Virus record (IMG/VR): IMGVR_UViG_3300050821_007764
Span: 1 to 64,000 of that record
DNA: 64,000 nucleotides
DNA from: a virus
Direction: 5' to 3' (one strand)
Part shown: in pieces, positions 9,304-17,985 of the stretch
How positions within the stretch are numbered: the first letter of the stretch is position 1
Layout of the letters: every line of letters begins with the position of its first letter
Translations under genes and position numbers: made by a program
Notes under the pieces: model-generated
Told to the model about the DNA's origin: nothing
The model's input: the letters and a program-made list of their open reading frames with translations, nothing else
The model's database searches: none

Positions 9304-9804
9304 ATGAGGGAGCGTACGCCGTACCGTCCGACCCGCAACTGCCCGCACCGCCTGTGTCCAGGGCTGCACCTCGGGGTCATCCCGGTCGGCCTGGTCATTG
9401 CGGCGCAGACGCTGTTCACGGGCCTGCCGAGTGTCCTGTACCTGCTGCTCGCGGGGGCGGCCGTCGCCCTGGTGCTGCGGGCACTGGGCGGGAAGTCGGT
9501 CACGGAGGAAATGGCGCAGGAGGCCATGGAGCGCGCGGCGGGGGTGCATCTGGTGGTGCGTCCGAGGTGGGCGCTGGTGGCGGCGGGAATGGATGCGGTG
9601 TTCCTGCTGGGCGGCGGGTCGACGATTGCGGTGCTGTTCGCGCATCCGCACCAGTCGTCGGTTCCCTCGTCCGCGCTGTTCGGGTATGCGGCGGTGGTGA
9701 CGGCGGTGGGGATGGTGTGGTTCACCCGGTTCGCGCACCGTCAGGCGACGCGTCCGGTGAAGCCGAAGCGGGTGTCGGTTCCGGCGCTCGGCGACACGGC
9801 CTGA
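9304..9804 (+). CDS. multi-pass membrane protein (about 4 TM)
   Basis: four hydrophobic segments; promoter at about 9207-9235. Confidence 0.7.
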   Translation: MRERTPYRPTRNCPHRLCPGLHLGVIPVGLVIAAQTLFTGLPSVLYLLLAGAAVALVLRALGGKSVTEEMAQEAMERAAGVHLVVRPRWALVAAGMDAVFLLGGGSTIAVLFAHPHQSSVPSSALFGYAAVVTAVGMVWFTRFAHRQATRPVKPKRVSVPALGDTA

Positions 9805-9862
9805 TCCGGCAGAATGGGGCCGTCCGGATTTCCCGGGCGGCCCCATTCGGAAAGGAGTGGAC

Positions 9863-10321
9863 ATGGGTACTGACCGCCCGATTCAGCCGCACAAGCTGAC
9901 GCCGCGCGAGTACGAGGTGTACGCGGCAGGTTATACGGCGGCGTGGCTGCACGTGTCGCAGCAGGCGCAGTTGCGGGGTGCGGATTTCGACCAGGACATG
10001 ATCCTGGTGTTCCTGGAGGGCGGCGCACAGCTGCGGGCGGACCACGCGGCGCGGATGCGGGCTGCGGAGGTCCAGCAGCCTCCTCGCCTGCTCTCCTGCG
10101 GCTTCTGTTACGAGGAGAACGGCGAGGAGGTGCACCCGCACCCCCAGTGCCCGGTGACGGCCCCGCGCCCGGTCAACTGGGAGGTCATTCGGGGTTATGC
10201 GCGGCAGTTGCAAGAGGGTCTGTGGGATGTCGAAGACGCACCCTCGGGTCCGGCTGCCCCTTCCGCACACTCTTCCGATGGCCTGCTGGCAGGGTTTTCC
10301 GAGGGGGCGGACGAGCTGTGA
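9863..10321 (+). CDS. hypothetical protein with CxxC..HxHxxC motif
   Basis: RBS AAAGGAG; CGFC..HPHPQC. Confidence 0.7.
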   Translation: MGTDRPIQPHKLTPREYEVYAAGYTAAWLHVSQQAQLRGADFDQDMILVFLEGGAQLRADHAARMRAAEVQQPPRLLSCGFCYEENGEEVHPHPQCPVTAPRPVNWEVIRGYARQLQEGLWDVEDAPSGPAAPSAHSSDGLLAGFSEGADEL

Positions 10322-10701
10322 CCTCCGTCCTCTGGACCCTCGGCAGCATCGCGTACAGTGCGGTGGCGTTGTGGTGGATGCGGTACGTGTATGGGCACTG
10401 GCGGGCGAACTGGATCGACGACAATCCGACGCTCGGGGTGGAGTACTGGGGGCGGAACGAACTCGGCATGTTTATGGCCGTCTCATGTGTCGTTGGTGTG
10501 GTGTGGCCCTTGTCGATTCCGTTCCTGGGTGCGACGCATCTGCTGGCGGCGTGGCTGGATTCAACGCCGGTGCGCTCGGACACGGAGCTGCGGGAGCGGG
10601 AGCGTCAGGAGCGTGTGGCGCAGGATGCGCTGCTGAAGGAACAGGCGGCGTATATCGAGCGGTTGGAGCGCGAACTGCTGCCGGGAGGAAGCGATGAGTG
10701 A
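10318..10701 (+). CDS. membrane protein with C-terminal coiled coil
   Basis: GTGA overlap, two TM segments. Confidence 0.7.
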   Translation: MTSVLWTLGSIAYSAVALWWMRYVYGHWRANWIDDNPTLGVEYWGRNELGMFMAVSCVVGVVWPLSIPFLGATHLLAAWLDSTPVRSDTELRERERQERVAQDALLKEQAAYIERLERELLPGGSDE

Positions 10702-10918
10702 GGCGATGAGTACCCGTGAGCCGGACGCGGATGAGGAGCTGTGCCTGTCGGATCCTCCGGCGGTGATCGGTGATCCGGAGGGGGAGATGTGGTACCCCGG
10801 GGACTGCTGGTGCACGCTTGCGCCGGGCCATGAGGGTCTGTGTTTCTGCGGCCCGTGCACGGAGCGGTACGGCGCACCAGGCTGGCCACACAAAGAGGGG
10901 TGCTGCGGCGATGAGTGA
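10694..10918 (+). CDS. small Cys-rich protein
   Basis: CWCTLAPGHEGLCFCGPC. Confidence 0.6.
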   Translation: MSEAMSTREPDADEELCLSDPPAVIGDPEGEMWYPGDCWCTLAPGHEGLCFCGPCTERYGAPGWPHKEGCCGDE

Positions 10919-11126
10919 GCAGACGGCGGTCGAAACACTTCGGGCTGCTGCCGAGCTGCTTCGGGCGAGTGTGGGTCCGTCCACATGGGCTGCTCTCGCC
11001 GACTGGCTGGAGGCGGTCGTTGCGGAGATGACGGGCTTGGAGGGCACAGAGTACGCCTATGGGGAGTACACGTCCTGGGAGGCCGCTCTGACTACTGCCC
11101 GAGCGATTCTGAAGGAGGGTTTCTGA
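10911..11126 (+). CDS. hypothetical protein
   Basis: operon tiling. Confidence 0.65.
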   Translation: MSEQTAVETLRAAAELLRASVGPSTWAALADWLEAVVAEMTGLEGTEYAYGEYTSWEAALTTARAILKEGF

Positions 11127-11461
11127 TGTCCGAGCCGTTGTCGCGGGAGCGTGAGGGCGGTATCCGGCTGTACCGGAAGATGATGGTCCGGGATGGTGAC
11201 CAGTTCCTGGGGCCTGCCATGATGCTGGATGATCTTCTTGCGGAGATCGACCGGCTGCGGCAGGAGCTGCGGGGCGTGCGCACGCAGCTGTCCGTGCACG
11301 AACGGCATGGCCGGGTGGTGTGGGCAAGCATGTTCTCGGAGGGTGAGCGGGCGATGATGCGGTTCGCGCTGGAGGAGGCGCAGGAGCGGATCTTCGAGCG
11401 GGGCGGCTTCACGGAGGAGGACCGGGTGGCGCTGACGAAGCTGATGGAGTGGTTCGGGTGA
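11126..11461 (+). CDS. hypothetical protein
   Basis: AGGAGG RBS, TGATG coupling. Confidence 0.7.
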   Translation: MSEPLSREREGGIRLYRKMMVRDGDQFLGPAMMLDDLLAEIDRLRQELRGVRTQLSVHERHGRVVWASMFSEGERAMMRFALEEAQERIFERGGFTEEDRVALTKLMEWFG

Positions 11462-11703
11462 TCGGAGTGGACCTGGACACGGAGGAGGAGGAGTGCCTGA
11501 CGCAGACCACGCTCACGTCCGGCGGCGGCGACGGCATTGTGCATCTGTGGTGCTGCGACGAGAATGTGGCGTGGTGCGGGCACGACATCTCGGACGCGGA
11601 GGAGTGGGCGCAGTCGGCGGAGTCGGACGAGTGTGTGGTGTGCGTGTACATGTGGCGTACGGGGTACCCGTGCTCCCCCAACTGCAAGGTGGTCAGGTCA
11701 TGA
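11458..11703 (+). CDS. Cys-rich putative zinc-binding protein
   Basis: HLWCC..AWCG..CVVC..CSPNC. Confidence 0.65.
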   Translation: MIGVDLDTEEEECLTQTTLTSGGGDGIVHLWCCDENVAWCGHDISDAEEWAQSAESDECVVCVYMWRTGYPCSPNCKVVRS

Positions 11704-12026
11704 AGCACTATGAGCCGGGCTGGTATGCCGACGGCAGGCTGGTGGAAGTCTCCCTGGTCGACGGCCCGGGTCCCTGCGGCCCTGTGGTGACGGTGTCGAG
11801 GCACCCCCTTGCCCCGGGGACGCCGGTGCGGCACGTGAACCAGGAGTGGGCGCGGGAGGCCACGGCGGTGATCGTGCAGGCGCATGGTCCGTTCCTGGAC
11901 GACGTGTACGAGTACGTGGTGGCAGCAGGAGTGGACTTCTCGCGGCCCGTCTCGCAGAGCAATCCGATGACGCGCCCGGCCCAGTGGTCCTCGTTGGCCG
12001 TGGCCGTGGTGGAGGCCCCGCTGTAG
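11700..12026 (+). CDS. hypothetical protein
   Basis: ATGA overlap. Confidence 0.6.
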   Translation: MKHYEPGWYADGRLVEVSLVDGPGPCGPVVTVSRHPLAPGTPVRHVNQEWAREATAVIVQAHGPFLDDVYEYVVAAGVDFSRPVSQSNPMTRPAQWSSLAVAVVEAPL

Positions 12027-12095
12027 GTCTTGCGGGTGTCACCCTCACGGGTGTACGATCAGTGCAACAGGAAAGCAGAAGGAAAGGAGGCGGTG

Positions 12096-12326
12096 ATGAA
12101 CTTCCACGAGTTCCTCGATCACGTGGTCGACCAGCGGTTCGAGCGTTCGAAGATCCCCGGCGGGGACCCGTGGCGCAGGGGTCAGACGTACATGAACCTG
12201 CTCCAGACGGTACGTCCCGGCCTGTACGGAAAGCTCGTCGGGTCGGACACCGATCCGTTCCACGACGACGCCCGCATTCCGCAGTTCCTCGCGTGGCTGG
12301 CGAAGGAGTGGCCGGGCGATGACTGA
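12096..12326 (+). CDS. hypothetical protein
   Basis: AAGGAGG RBS, CAGGAA leader. Confidence 0.75.
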   Translation: MNFHEFLDHVVDQRFERSKIPGGDPWRRGQTYMNLLQTVRPGLYGKLVGSDTDPFHDDARIPQFLAWLAKEWPGDD

Positions 12327-12606
12327 CATCCTCTGCCCCGACGGCACGGTCCGGCACGTCTTCAATGTCCCCCAGGCCCGGGTCCAGCCCCAGGCACCCC
12401 CTCGGGTGTCCCTGCCGGTGCGGGTCCTGAACGGTTTCGAGCTGGTTCGCTGGCCGATCGCGATGACGCTGCTGGCTTCGGTGTGGACCGGCGACAACGG
12501 TCTTTCCGTGTTGCGGCTGCTGGACCATGCGATGCTGTTCCTGTTCGCGGCGGTGATGAACCGGATGATGCCGGGGGCGCTGTTCGGGAAGAAGGCGAAG
12601 CGTTGA
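12319..12606 (+). CDS. small membrane protein
   Basis: RBS, two hydrophobic segments. Confidence 0.65.
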   Translation: MTDILCPDGTVRHVFNVPQARVQPQAPPRVSLPVRVLNGFELVRWPIAMTLLASVWTGDNGLSVLRLLDHAMLFLFAAVMNRMMPGALFGKKAKR

Positions 12607-12920
12607 CGCAGGAACCACCCAGGGTGCCCGTGGACGAGGCGCGCATTGCGGCGTTGTCGATGTTCGCCGGGCAGGTGCCGTGCTTCTTCCAGGTAGCGGA
12701 TCCTTCATGTGAAGAAAACGCCAAGTGGATGGTGTACTTCGACCACGAAGAGCACGCGGGTGATTGCACCTACGACATGGTGTGGCCGGTGTGCGCAGGG
12801 CACCTGGGTATCGTCCGGCGGATGATGAGCCCGTTTTGGCAGGTGTGGTCCCAGGCGGAGGCGCTGAAGTGCGAGCGTTGTACAGTGCCGGTGCGCATGA
12901 ATCGGTTCGAGGCGCTGTGA
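12603..12920 (+). CDS. putative zinc-finger protein
   Basis: TTG start overlap; CAGH, CERC motifs. Confidence 0.6.
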   Translation: MTQEPPRVPVDEARIAALSMFAGQVPCFFQVADPSCEENAKWMVYFDHEEHAGDCTYDMVWPVCAGHLGIVRRMMSPFWQVWSQAEALKCERCTVPVRMNRFEAL

Positions 12921-13081
12921 TGTACGTGAATCCCTGTGCGCAGCATCGGTGGGCGGAACGCCTGAGGAAAGCCTCGGAGCGCGGTATGGGGTGGCCGTCC
13001 CGGTCGCTGCCGCAGCCACCCTCGGTACTGGACGCCCAGTACACGATCCGGCAGCGCAACCGGCGCAGGCGGGGGCGGTAG
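12920..13081 (+). CDS. small basic hypothetical protein
   Basis: TGATG coupling. Confidence 0.5.
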   Translation: MYVNPCAQHRWAERLRKASERGMGWPSRSLPQPPSVLDAQYTIRQRNRRRRGR

Positions 13082-13518
13082 TGGGCACACGGAAGCAACG
13101 GTTGAACGCGGACTTCCTGATGGAGTTCGCCCGGGAGTGGAATGCGCATGTGGCGGCGGGCTGGCCTCCGATTCGTGCGATGGCAGTGTCGCGCGAGGCT
13201 ACAGAGGCTGCGGTTGTTTCGTGGGCGTCCGAGTGCCGGGAGCAGGGTTTTTCTCTGGAGTCGGCCGTGGGTCTGCGGCACCACCATCCGGCCTGGGCAC
13301 TGAGACTCGGGCCGGTCGTTGTCGGGAAGGAAAGAGGGGTTATGACGGAGGAAGAGCTCAAGGCTGTGATCAAGGCGGCCCCGCCGGAGGACGCGGCCCA
13401 GCACCATGACCGGGTGGACGAGGCCGATCCGGCGTTCCAGGAGAGCGTGCACCATCTCGCGGAGCTGTGCAGCGCGTGCGGGCAGCCGGTGCCGGAGCTG
13501 CCGTTGGAGGAGTGTTGA
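13081..13518 (+). CDS. hypothetical protein (strong internal RBS/ATG at 13342 suggests a second start)
   Basis: GTG abuts upstream stop; CSAC near the end. Confidence 0.5.
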   Translation: MGTRKQRLNADFLMEFAREWNAHVAAGWPPIRAMAVSREATEAAVVSWASECREQGFSLESAVGLRHHHPAWALRLGPVVVGKERGVMTEEELKAVIKAAPPEDAAQHHDRVDEADPAFQESVHHLAELCSACGQPVPELPLEEC

Positions 13519-13733
13519 GCGCGCATCCGGATCCGGTGTGCGCGAACCCGGACGTACGCCTGGTGAAGGTGTACGGGATCTCCGGCGAAGGGCTGTTCTA
13601 CCGCTGTGAGCAGTGCAGGGCGGCGTGGCACCGCTGGCCGGAAGGACATCCTCTGCGGGTACAGGCGCAGAAGGTGATGGACCGGTGGGAGACTCTGAGG
13701 GCGCGCCGGAACAATCCTCCGAGGGAGTCCTGA
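13515..13733 (+). CDS. small zinc-ribbon protein
   Basis: GGAGGAG RBS, TTG; YRCEQCRAAWHRW. Confidence 0.6.
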   Translation: MSAHPDPVCANPDVRLVKVYGISGEGLFYRCEQCRAAWHRWPEGHPLRVQAQKVMDRWETLRARRNNPPRES

Positions 13734-13999
13734 TGTCTGTCTATCGTCTTGGTACCGCGCCTGGAAACCGCACGGGGGTCGACCGCAGTATGCAGGGCAG
13801 TAACTGTCCTGACGTGTTCCAGCTCGGTGACATGGTGCTGGTTATCGGTACGCATCTCCAGGGTGGTGATCTGCTGGGAATGCTGCCGCCGGATGCGTCG
13901 GTGGGGCCGGAAGAGACAGTGGTGCGGATTCCACTGTCAGTGTTCCTCGACGCCGCCCTGGATCTTGTCAAACCGTATACGAAAGAGGAACAGGAATGA
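13733..13999 (+). CDS. hypothetical protein
   Basis: TGATG coupling; CPDVFQL motif. Confidence 0.65.
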   Translation: MSVYRLGTAPGNRTGVDRSMQGSNCPDVFQLGDMVLVIGTHLQGGDLLGMLPPDASVGPEETVVRIPLSVFLDAALDLVKPYTKEEQE

Positions 14000-14427
14000 C
14001 GCTTCGTAGCCTGACCAGGGACCGGGACGACCGGCAGCGGAACTGTGTACACGCGTTTCCTACGGGGGCTCCGCACAGTGAGCAGGCCCCGGGCCCGTGC
14101 GAGCGGTGCGACATGCTCTGGGAGGACTTGACGATGCGTCAGAAGCATGTGTTCTCCGCAGGGGCCTACCGGGCCGACACCCCGCAGGGCGACCAGGACG
14201 ACCTGAACGCTGCGGCGGAGCTGTGCCGTTCGGCTGCGGACATCATGAAACAGGATGTCGGGGACCTGATGGCGGAGCTGTTCGAGCTGGCGGCGGAGGA
14301 TCTGCGGATGTGCGAAGCGCAGAACTCCCGGGACCCCGACAACCCCGGTAAGACGCGGATCCTGCCGCAGCCGTGGGTGGGGTACATGGTGAAGCTGGCC
14401 CGCGCCCTGCTGACGGTGAAGGAGTAG
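13996..14427 (+). CDS. hypothetical protein
   Basis: ATGA overlap, CERC. Confidence 0.7.
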   Translation: MTLRSLTRDRDDRQRNCVHAFPTGAPHSEQAPGPCERCDMLWEDLTMRQKHVFSAGAYRADTPQGDQDDLNAAAELCRSAADIMKQDVGDLMAELFELAAEDLRMCEAQNSRDPDNPGKTRILPQPWVGYMVKLARALLTVKE

Positions 14428-14429
14428 GC

Positions 14430-14750
14430 GTGTCCGCTATTGACGCGGTGCTGGGGATGGCCATCGAGGCGGTGACAGTGCTGAGCGTCGGCGCGGTGGG
14501 GTTCGTCCTCGGCCGGTCGGTGCAGGGTGCGAGCACCTCGGGAGCCCTGACTGCGGAGGTCTGCCAGTGTACGCACGGTTCGGCTTTCCATGACGGGAAC
14601 GGTTGCCGGGCGGTTGTCGTGGAGACGGATCCGCTGACGAAGATCCAGCGGAACCGGACGTGTTCGTGTGTGCACTACGTGGGCCCGTCCACGTCGTATG
14701 TGCCCGAACTGGACGGTCCTGACGGGCCGTTGAACGGGGGCTGGAAGTGA
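14430..14750 (+). CDS. membrane-anchored Cys/His-rich protein
   Basis: N-terminal TM, CQCTH..H..C..CSC. Confidence 0.65.
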   Translation: MSAIDAVLGMAIEAVTVLSVGAVGFVLGRSVQGASTSGALTAEVCQCTHGSAFHDGNGCRAVVVETDPLTKIQRNRTCSCVHYVGPSTSYVPELDGPDGPLNGGWK

Positions 14751-15352
14751 GTGCCGAGGAGGAAGCCGAGATCGTCCGCCTGTCCCGGGAGCTGGAGCAG
14801 GCGTGTGCGGAGCGTGACGCGGCGATCGACGCCCTGTCCCGGACCCCGCTGGACGGCATGAAGGGCACGGCGCTGATCCGCAGGGTTGCGGTCGTCGGAG
14901 CGCAGCGGCGGTGGATCGCGGCCTTGCAGCAGCGGGACCGTTACCGCTCCGCGTGGCTGTCGGCACGGCGCGGCCGGAATCTGTGGCGTGCCCTGTATTG
15001 CGGGGCGGTGACCGGCCGCAAAGGTGAGATGAACGTCGTCTCCCGTGATCTGTACCAAAAGCACGTGGTGACCGTGGCCCGGGAGAATCGCCGCGCGCGG
15101 AACAGGATCGAGAAGCTGGAGAACGACCTCGCCGATCTCCGCCTCGCGTTCTCCGAGTACCAGGGTGCCCAGGTCCGCCCCCGCCCTTTCGGTCTGACGG
15201 GCTGTCAGAGCACCACGCATTGCGCCAACTGGGGCTTCTGCCACCGCTGTCAGCCGGAACTCACCGCAGAGGCCGGGCGGTTGTTCAAGGACACCGACGG
15301 CAGCTCCGACGCCTACACGGCCATCATCTGGAAGCTCACCGGAAGGGAGTGA
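14747..15352 (+). CDS. coiled-coil hypothetical protein
   Basis: GTGA overlap; C-terminal CxxxxHC..CHRC. Confidence 0.65.
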   Translation: MSAEEEAEIVRLSRELEQACAERDAAIDALSRTPLDGMKGTALIRRVAVVGAQRRWIAALQQRDRYRSAWLSARRGRNLWRALYCGAVTGRKGEMNVVSRDLYQKHVVTVARENRRARNRIEKLENDLADLRLAFSEYQGAQVRPRPFGLTGCQSTTHCANWGFCHRCQPELTAEAGRLFKDTDGSSDAYTAIIWKLTGRE

Positions 15353-15360
15353 CCAGTATC

Positions 15361-15450
15361 ATGCTGGCCGTTGTCAGTCTCCCTGCCGCTATCGGGGCAG
15401 TCATTGTGGTCGGCCTGCTGCACTACATCCTCAACCGCATATCGAGGTGA
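15361..15450 (+). CDS. small single-TM peptide
   Basis: hydrophobic 29 aa, fills gap. Confidence 0.5.
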   Translation: MLAVVSLPAAIGAVIVVGLLHYILNRISR

Positions 15451-15794
15451 ATTCCGTGGATATCACCACCAGCGTCAGTTATTCCATCAATGTGCACAGC
15501 AATCAGAACGTCGGTGCTGCGCGGTTCGGGTTCGCATCGCGGGACATCGGCTGTACCCAGGGCACCACCCTTACCTACAACAGCGTGGTCATCGCCCGGT
15601 TCCGGCCCGGGACACGGTACTGGGACCGCGCCCTGGAAAGCGCACAGGAAGCGTTGAAGACGGTCTTCGAGCGGCTGGAGGCCACGGGCGCACTGTGGGA
15701 CATGGACGCGTTCAACCGGACGCTCCAGGCCGTCCTGACGGAGCAGCAGTGCCTTCCGTGGGACGGCAACGACCTGGACGGGGAGCTGGAATGA
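15447..15794 (+). CDS. hypothetical protein
   Basis: GTGA overlap. Confidence 0.65.
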   Translation: MNSVDITTSVSYSINVHSNQNVGAARFGFASRDIGCTQGTTLTYNSVVIARFRPGTRYWDRALESAQEALKTVFERLEATGALWDMDAFNRTLQAVLTEQQCLPWDGNDLDGELE

Positions 15795-16333
15795 AAATGA
15801 AGACCTCGCCCCGGACCACGTTCTCCGAGCGGGCCCGCAGCCCCCTGAACGTCCGTCGGGCCGCCGACGCGATCGAGGCCGAAGCCGGGCGGCTCGGTGT
15901 GCCGATGAAAACGTGGGAGGCTGACGCCCTCGCCATTGCCGCCCTGTCGGACATCCGGCACGGCGCGCACGCGGGGGCGACCATCGACGCGGTGTTTCCC
16001 GGGGAGGAAGAGGACCCCGCAGAGGAAGAGGAGGGAATGGAGGATCCTGTACCGGACCCCCTCGCGCCGGTCCAGCGGGTGTTCCTCGCCCCCCGGCAGC
16101 TCCAGGTGCTGAAGTGCGCCGCACGGGGCCTGTCGTCCGAGCAGACCGCCGCCGAACTGTTCATCACCGTGAACACCGTCAAAACGCATCTGCGGTACAT
16201 CCGCAAGCATCTCGGTGCGAGCGACCGGGGGCGGATGGTGGCACTGGGCTTTGCGTACGGCCTGCTGACCGTTGCTGACGTTCAAGCGCCCCTGCTGCGG
16301 GAGTGGCCGGTCATCGGGGAAGGGGATCAGTGA
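15791..16333 (+). CDS. LuxR-type HTH regulator
   Basis: LAPRQLQVLKCAARGLSSEQTAAELFITVNTVKTHLRYIRKHLG. Confidence 0.85.
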   Translation: MKMKTSPRTTFSERARSPLNVRRAADAIEAEAGRLGVPMKTWEADALAIAALSDIRHGAHAGATIDAVFPGEEEDPAEEEEGMEDPVPDPLAPVQRVFLAPRQLQVLKCAARGLSSEQTAAELFITVNTVKTHLRYIRKHLGASDRGRMVALGFAYGLLTVADVQAPLLREWPVIGEGDQ

Positions 16334-16758
16334 CAGGTCAGCAGCCCCGGGACAGGCACATCGAGGCCGCCATCGCCCGTGCGGCGGACGCGATTGAGGC
16401 AGAGGCGGAGCGCCTTGCCGAGCCGATCAGCAAGTCCCGCGCCTACGTCCTGGCCCGTGCCGCCCTGTCGACGGTCGGCCCGGCCGCCCCGCTCGGCGCA
16501 CGCACTCCTGCGGGGGACTTGTACGGGCTGCTGTCGGCCCGGCATCTTCAGCTCCTGAAGCTCACCGCGCGGGGGCTGACGTACGAGGAGATGGGCCGGG
16601 TGCTGGACCTGTCGGAGAAGACCGTGAAGGTGCATGTGCGGTCGATGCTGAAGCGGATGGGTGTCCACAACCGGATGCATGCGCTGGCGCTGGGTTTCGT
16701 CCACGGCCTCGTGACGGCCGAGGACGTATTCGAGGAGAAGGAGCAGGATGATGGCTGA
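16330..16758 (+). CDS. LuxR-type HTH regulator (paralog)
   Basis: LSARHLQLLKLTARGLTYEEMGRVLDLSEKTVKVHVRSMLKRMG. Confidence 0.85.
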   Translation: MTGQQPRDRHIEAAIARAADAIEAEAERLAEPISKSRAYVLARAALSTVGPAAPLGARTPAGDLYGLLSARHLQLLKLTARGLTYEEMGRVLDLSEKTVKVHVRSMLKRMGVHNRMHALALGFVHGLVTAEDVFEEKEQDDG

Positions 16759-17011
16759 GAAGATCAGGCTGTACAAGAAGAACGCGATCACGGTCGAGGG
16801 GCTGCGGTGGGACGGCAGCAACAAGCAGCAGATGCTCGACTTCACCGATGGCAACTTCCGCACCACGTGGCGCGGGGCCCAGGTGTACGACAAGCTGCAC
16901 CGGTCGTGGATCAAGGTGTTTGAGGGGAACTCGGTCCTCAAGGGCACCCAGAACGAGTTCTACCCGATCGACGAAAGGGCGTTGGCGGCCACGTACACCG
17001 AGCTCCCGTAG
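16748..17011 (+). CDS. conserved phage-type hypothetical protein
   Basis: YKKNAITVEGLRWDG..KGTQNEFYPID..TY. Confidence 0.75.
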   Translation: MMAEKIRLYKKNAITVEGLRWDGSNKQQMLDFTDGNFRTTWRGAQVYDKLHRSWIKVFEGNSVLKGTQNEFYPIDERALAATYTELP

Positions 17012-17081
17012 CAGTTGATTCCCGGACACCCCCGGGGTATGCTGAGCGCGATAGTCGAGGGACAGGAAAGCGAGGGATCCG

Positions 17082-17294
17082 GTGCCGGGCTCCACATGCC
17101 CCAGGTGCAGCAATGCGTACAACGGCCATCTGCCCTTGTGTGGTGCCTGTACGAAGGAACTGAATTTCGCGCGGAAGAAACTGATCCGCCAGGGCAAGTA
17201 CACGGAGGCGTCGTTCTTTACGACGTTCCTCGCCCCGTATCTGAGCAGGGAGCGCGCGGACACGATGCTGGAAGCCTGGAGGAATGAGCAGTGA
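17082..17294 (+). CDS. small zinc-finger protein
   Basis: CPRC..CGAC; promoter at about 17015. Confidence 0.55.
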   Translation: MPGSTCPRCSNAYNGHLPLCGACTKELNFARKKLIRQGKYTEASFFTTFLAPYLSRERADTMLEAWRNEQ

Positions 17295-17608
17295 CTGCCG
17301 AACAGGCGCAGTGGACCGGCTCCCCCATGCGGGAAGCCTGCGAGACCACCGGGTTCTTCGAGCCGGACACGGTCTACGTGGACGACAGCAACCCGTCCCG
17401 GGCCCCGGAGTTCACCCCAGAATTCTGGTGCAGGGCGGTGTTCAGCCATCCGGACGTCCGTGTGCTGTACGCGGTGGGCCTGTTCCGGCAGGGGCACTTT
17501 ATGCGCTGGCATCTGTCGCCGGTGATCTGGACGTTCACGGACTGGAAGCGCGCGCAGTGGATCGAATCGCCGTACGGGGATAAGGGCCTGCCGGAGGTGG
17601 AGCGTTGA
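17291..17608 (+). CDS. hypothetical protein
   Basis: GTGA overlap. Confidence 0.65.
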   Translation: MTAEQAQWTGSPMREACETTGFFEPDTVYVDDSNPSRAPEFTPEFWCRAVFSHPDVRVLYAVGLFRQGHFMRWHLSPVIWTFTDWKRAQWIESPYGDKGLPEVER

Positions 17609-17985
17609 CCCCGAGCGGGCGGCGGGAGGTGGCGGCAGCGGCTCTGGGCGCAATCTGCGCGAGCCCGCAGACCCTGGACATGCTTGAGTGGTCCACGACC
17701 GACCTGGCCCCGGAGCAGGACCCCGCAGCGTGCGGTACCCGGCTGTGCCTGGCAGGATGGGTCGCCCACCTTCTCGGGTACAGCATTGAAGGTGAGACGG
17801 GCGAGATACCCTGCAATGCTATGGGTGTCTCTGATCACGTTTTCCATGTTGCCATGCTCGCGCTGGAATTGACACGGGACCAGGCCCTTCGGCTGTTCCA
17901 CACGGCAGAGGAGCCGCTCGTGTTGAATGTACTGCGGGAGATGGCGGCGGGCCGGTTCTCGGAGGGGTTCTTCAATGATCACTGA
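17605..17985 (+). CDS. hypothetical protein
   Basis: CGTRLCLAGW motif. Confidence 0.65.
   Translation: MTPSGRREVAAAALGAICASPQTLDMLEWSTTDLAPEQDPAACGTRLCLAGWVAHLLGYSIEGETGEIPCNAMGVSDHVFHVAMLALELTRDQALRLFHTAEEPLVLNVLREMAAGRFSEGFFNDH

Noticed and set aside
11698-13455. Long minus-strand ORFs (also 30882-32621, 49923-51707, 39694-41196)
   Set aside because: Antisense shadows of tightly tiled + strand genes in high-GC DNA, with no motifs or RBS
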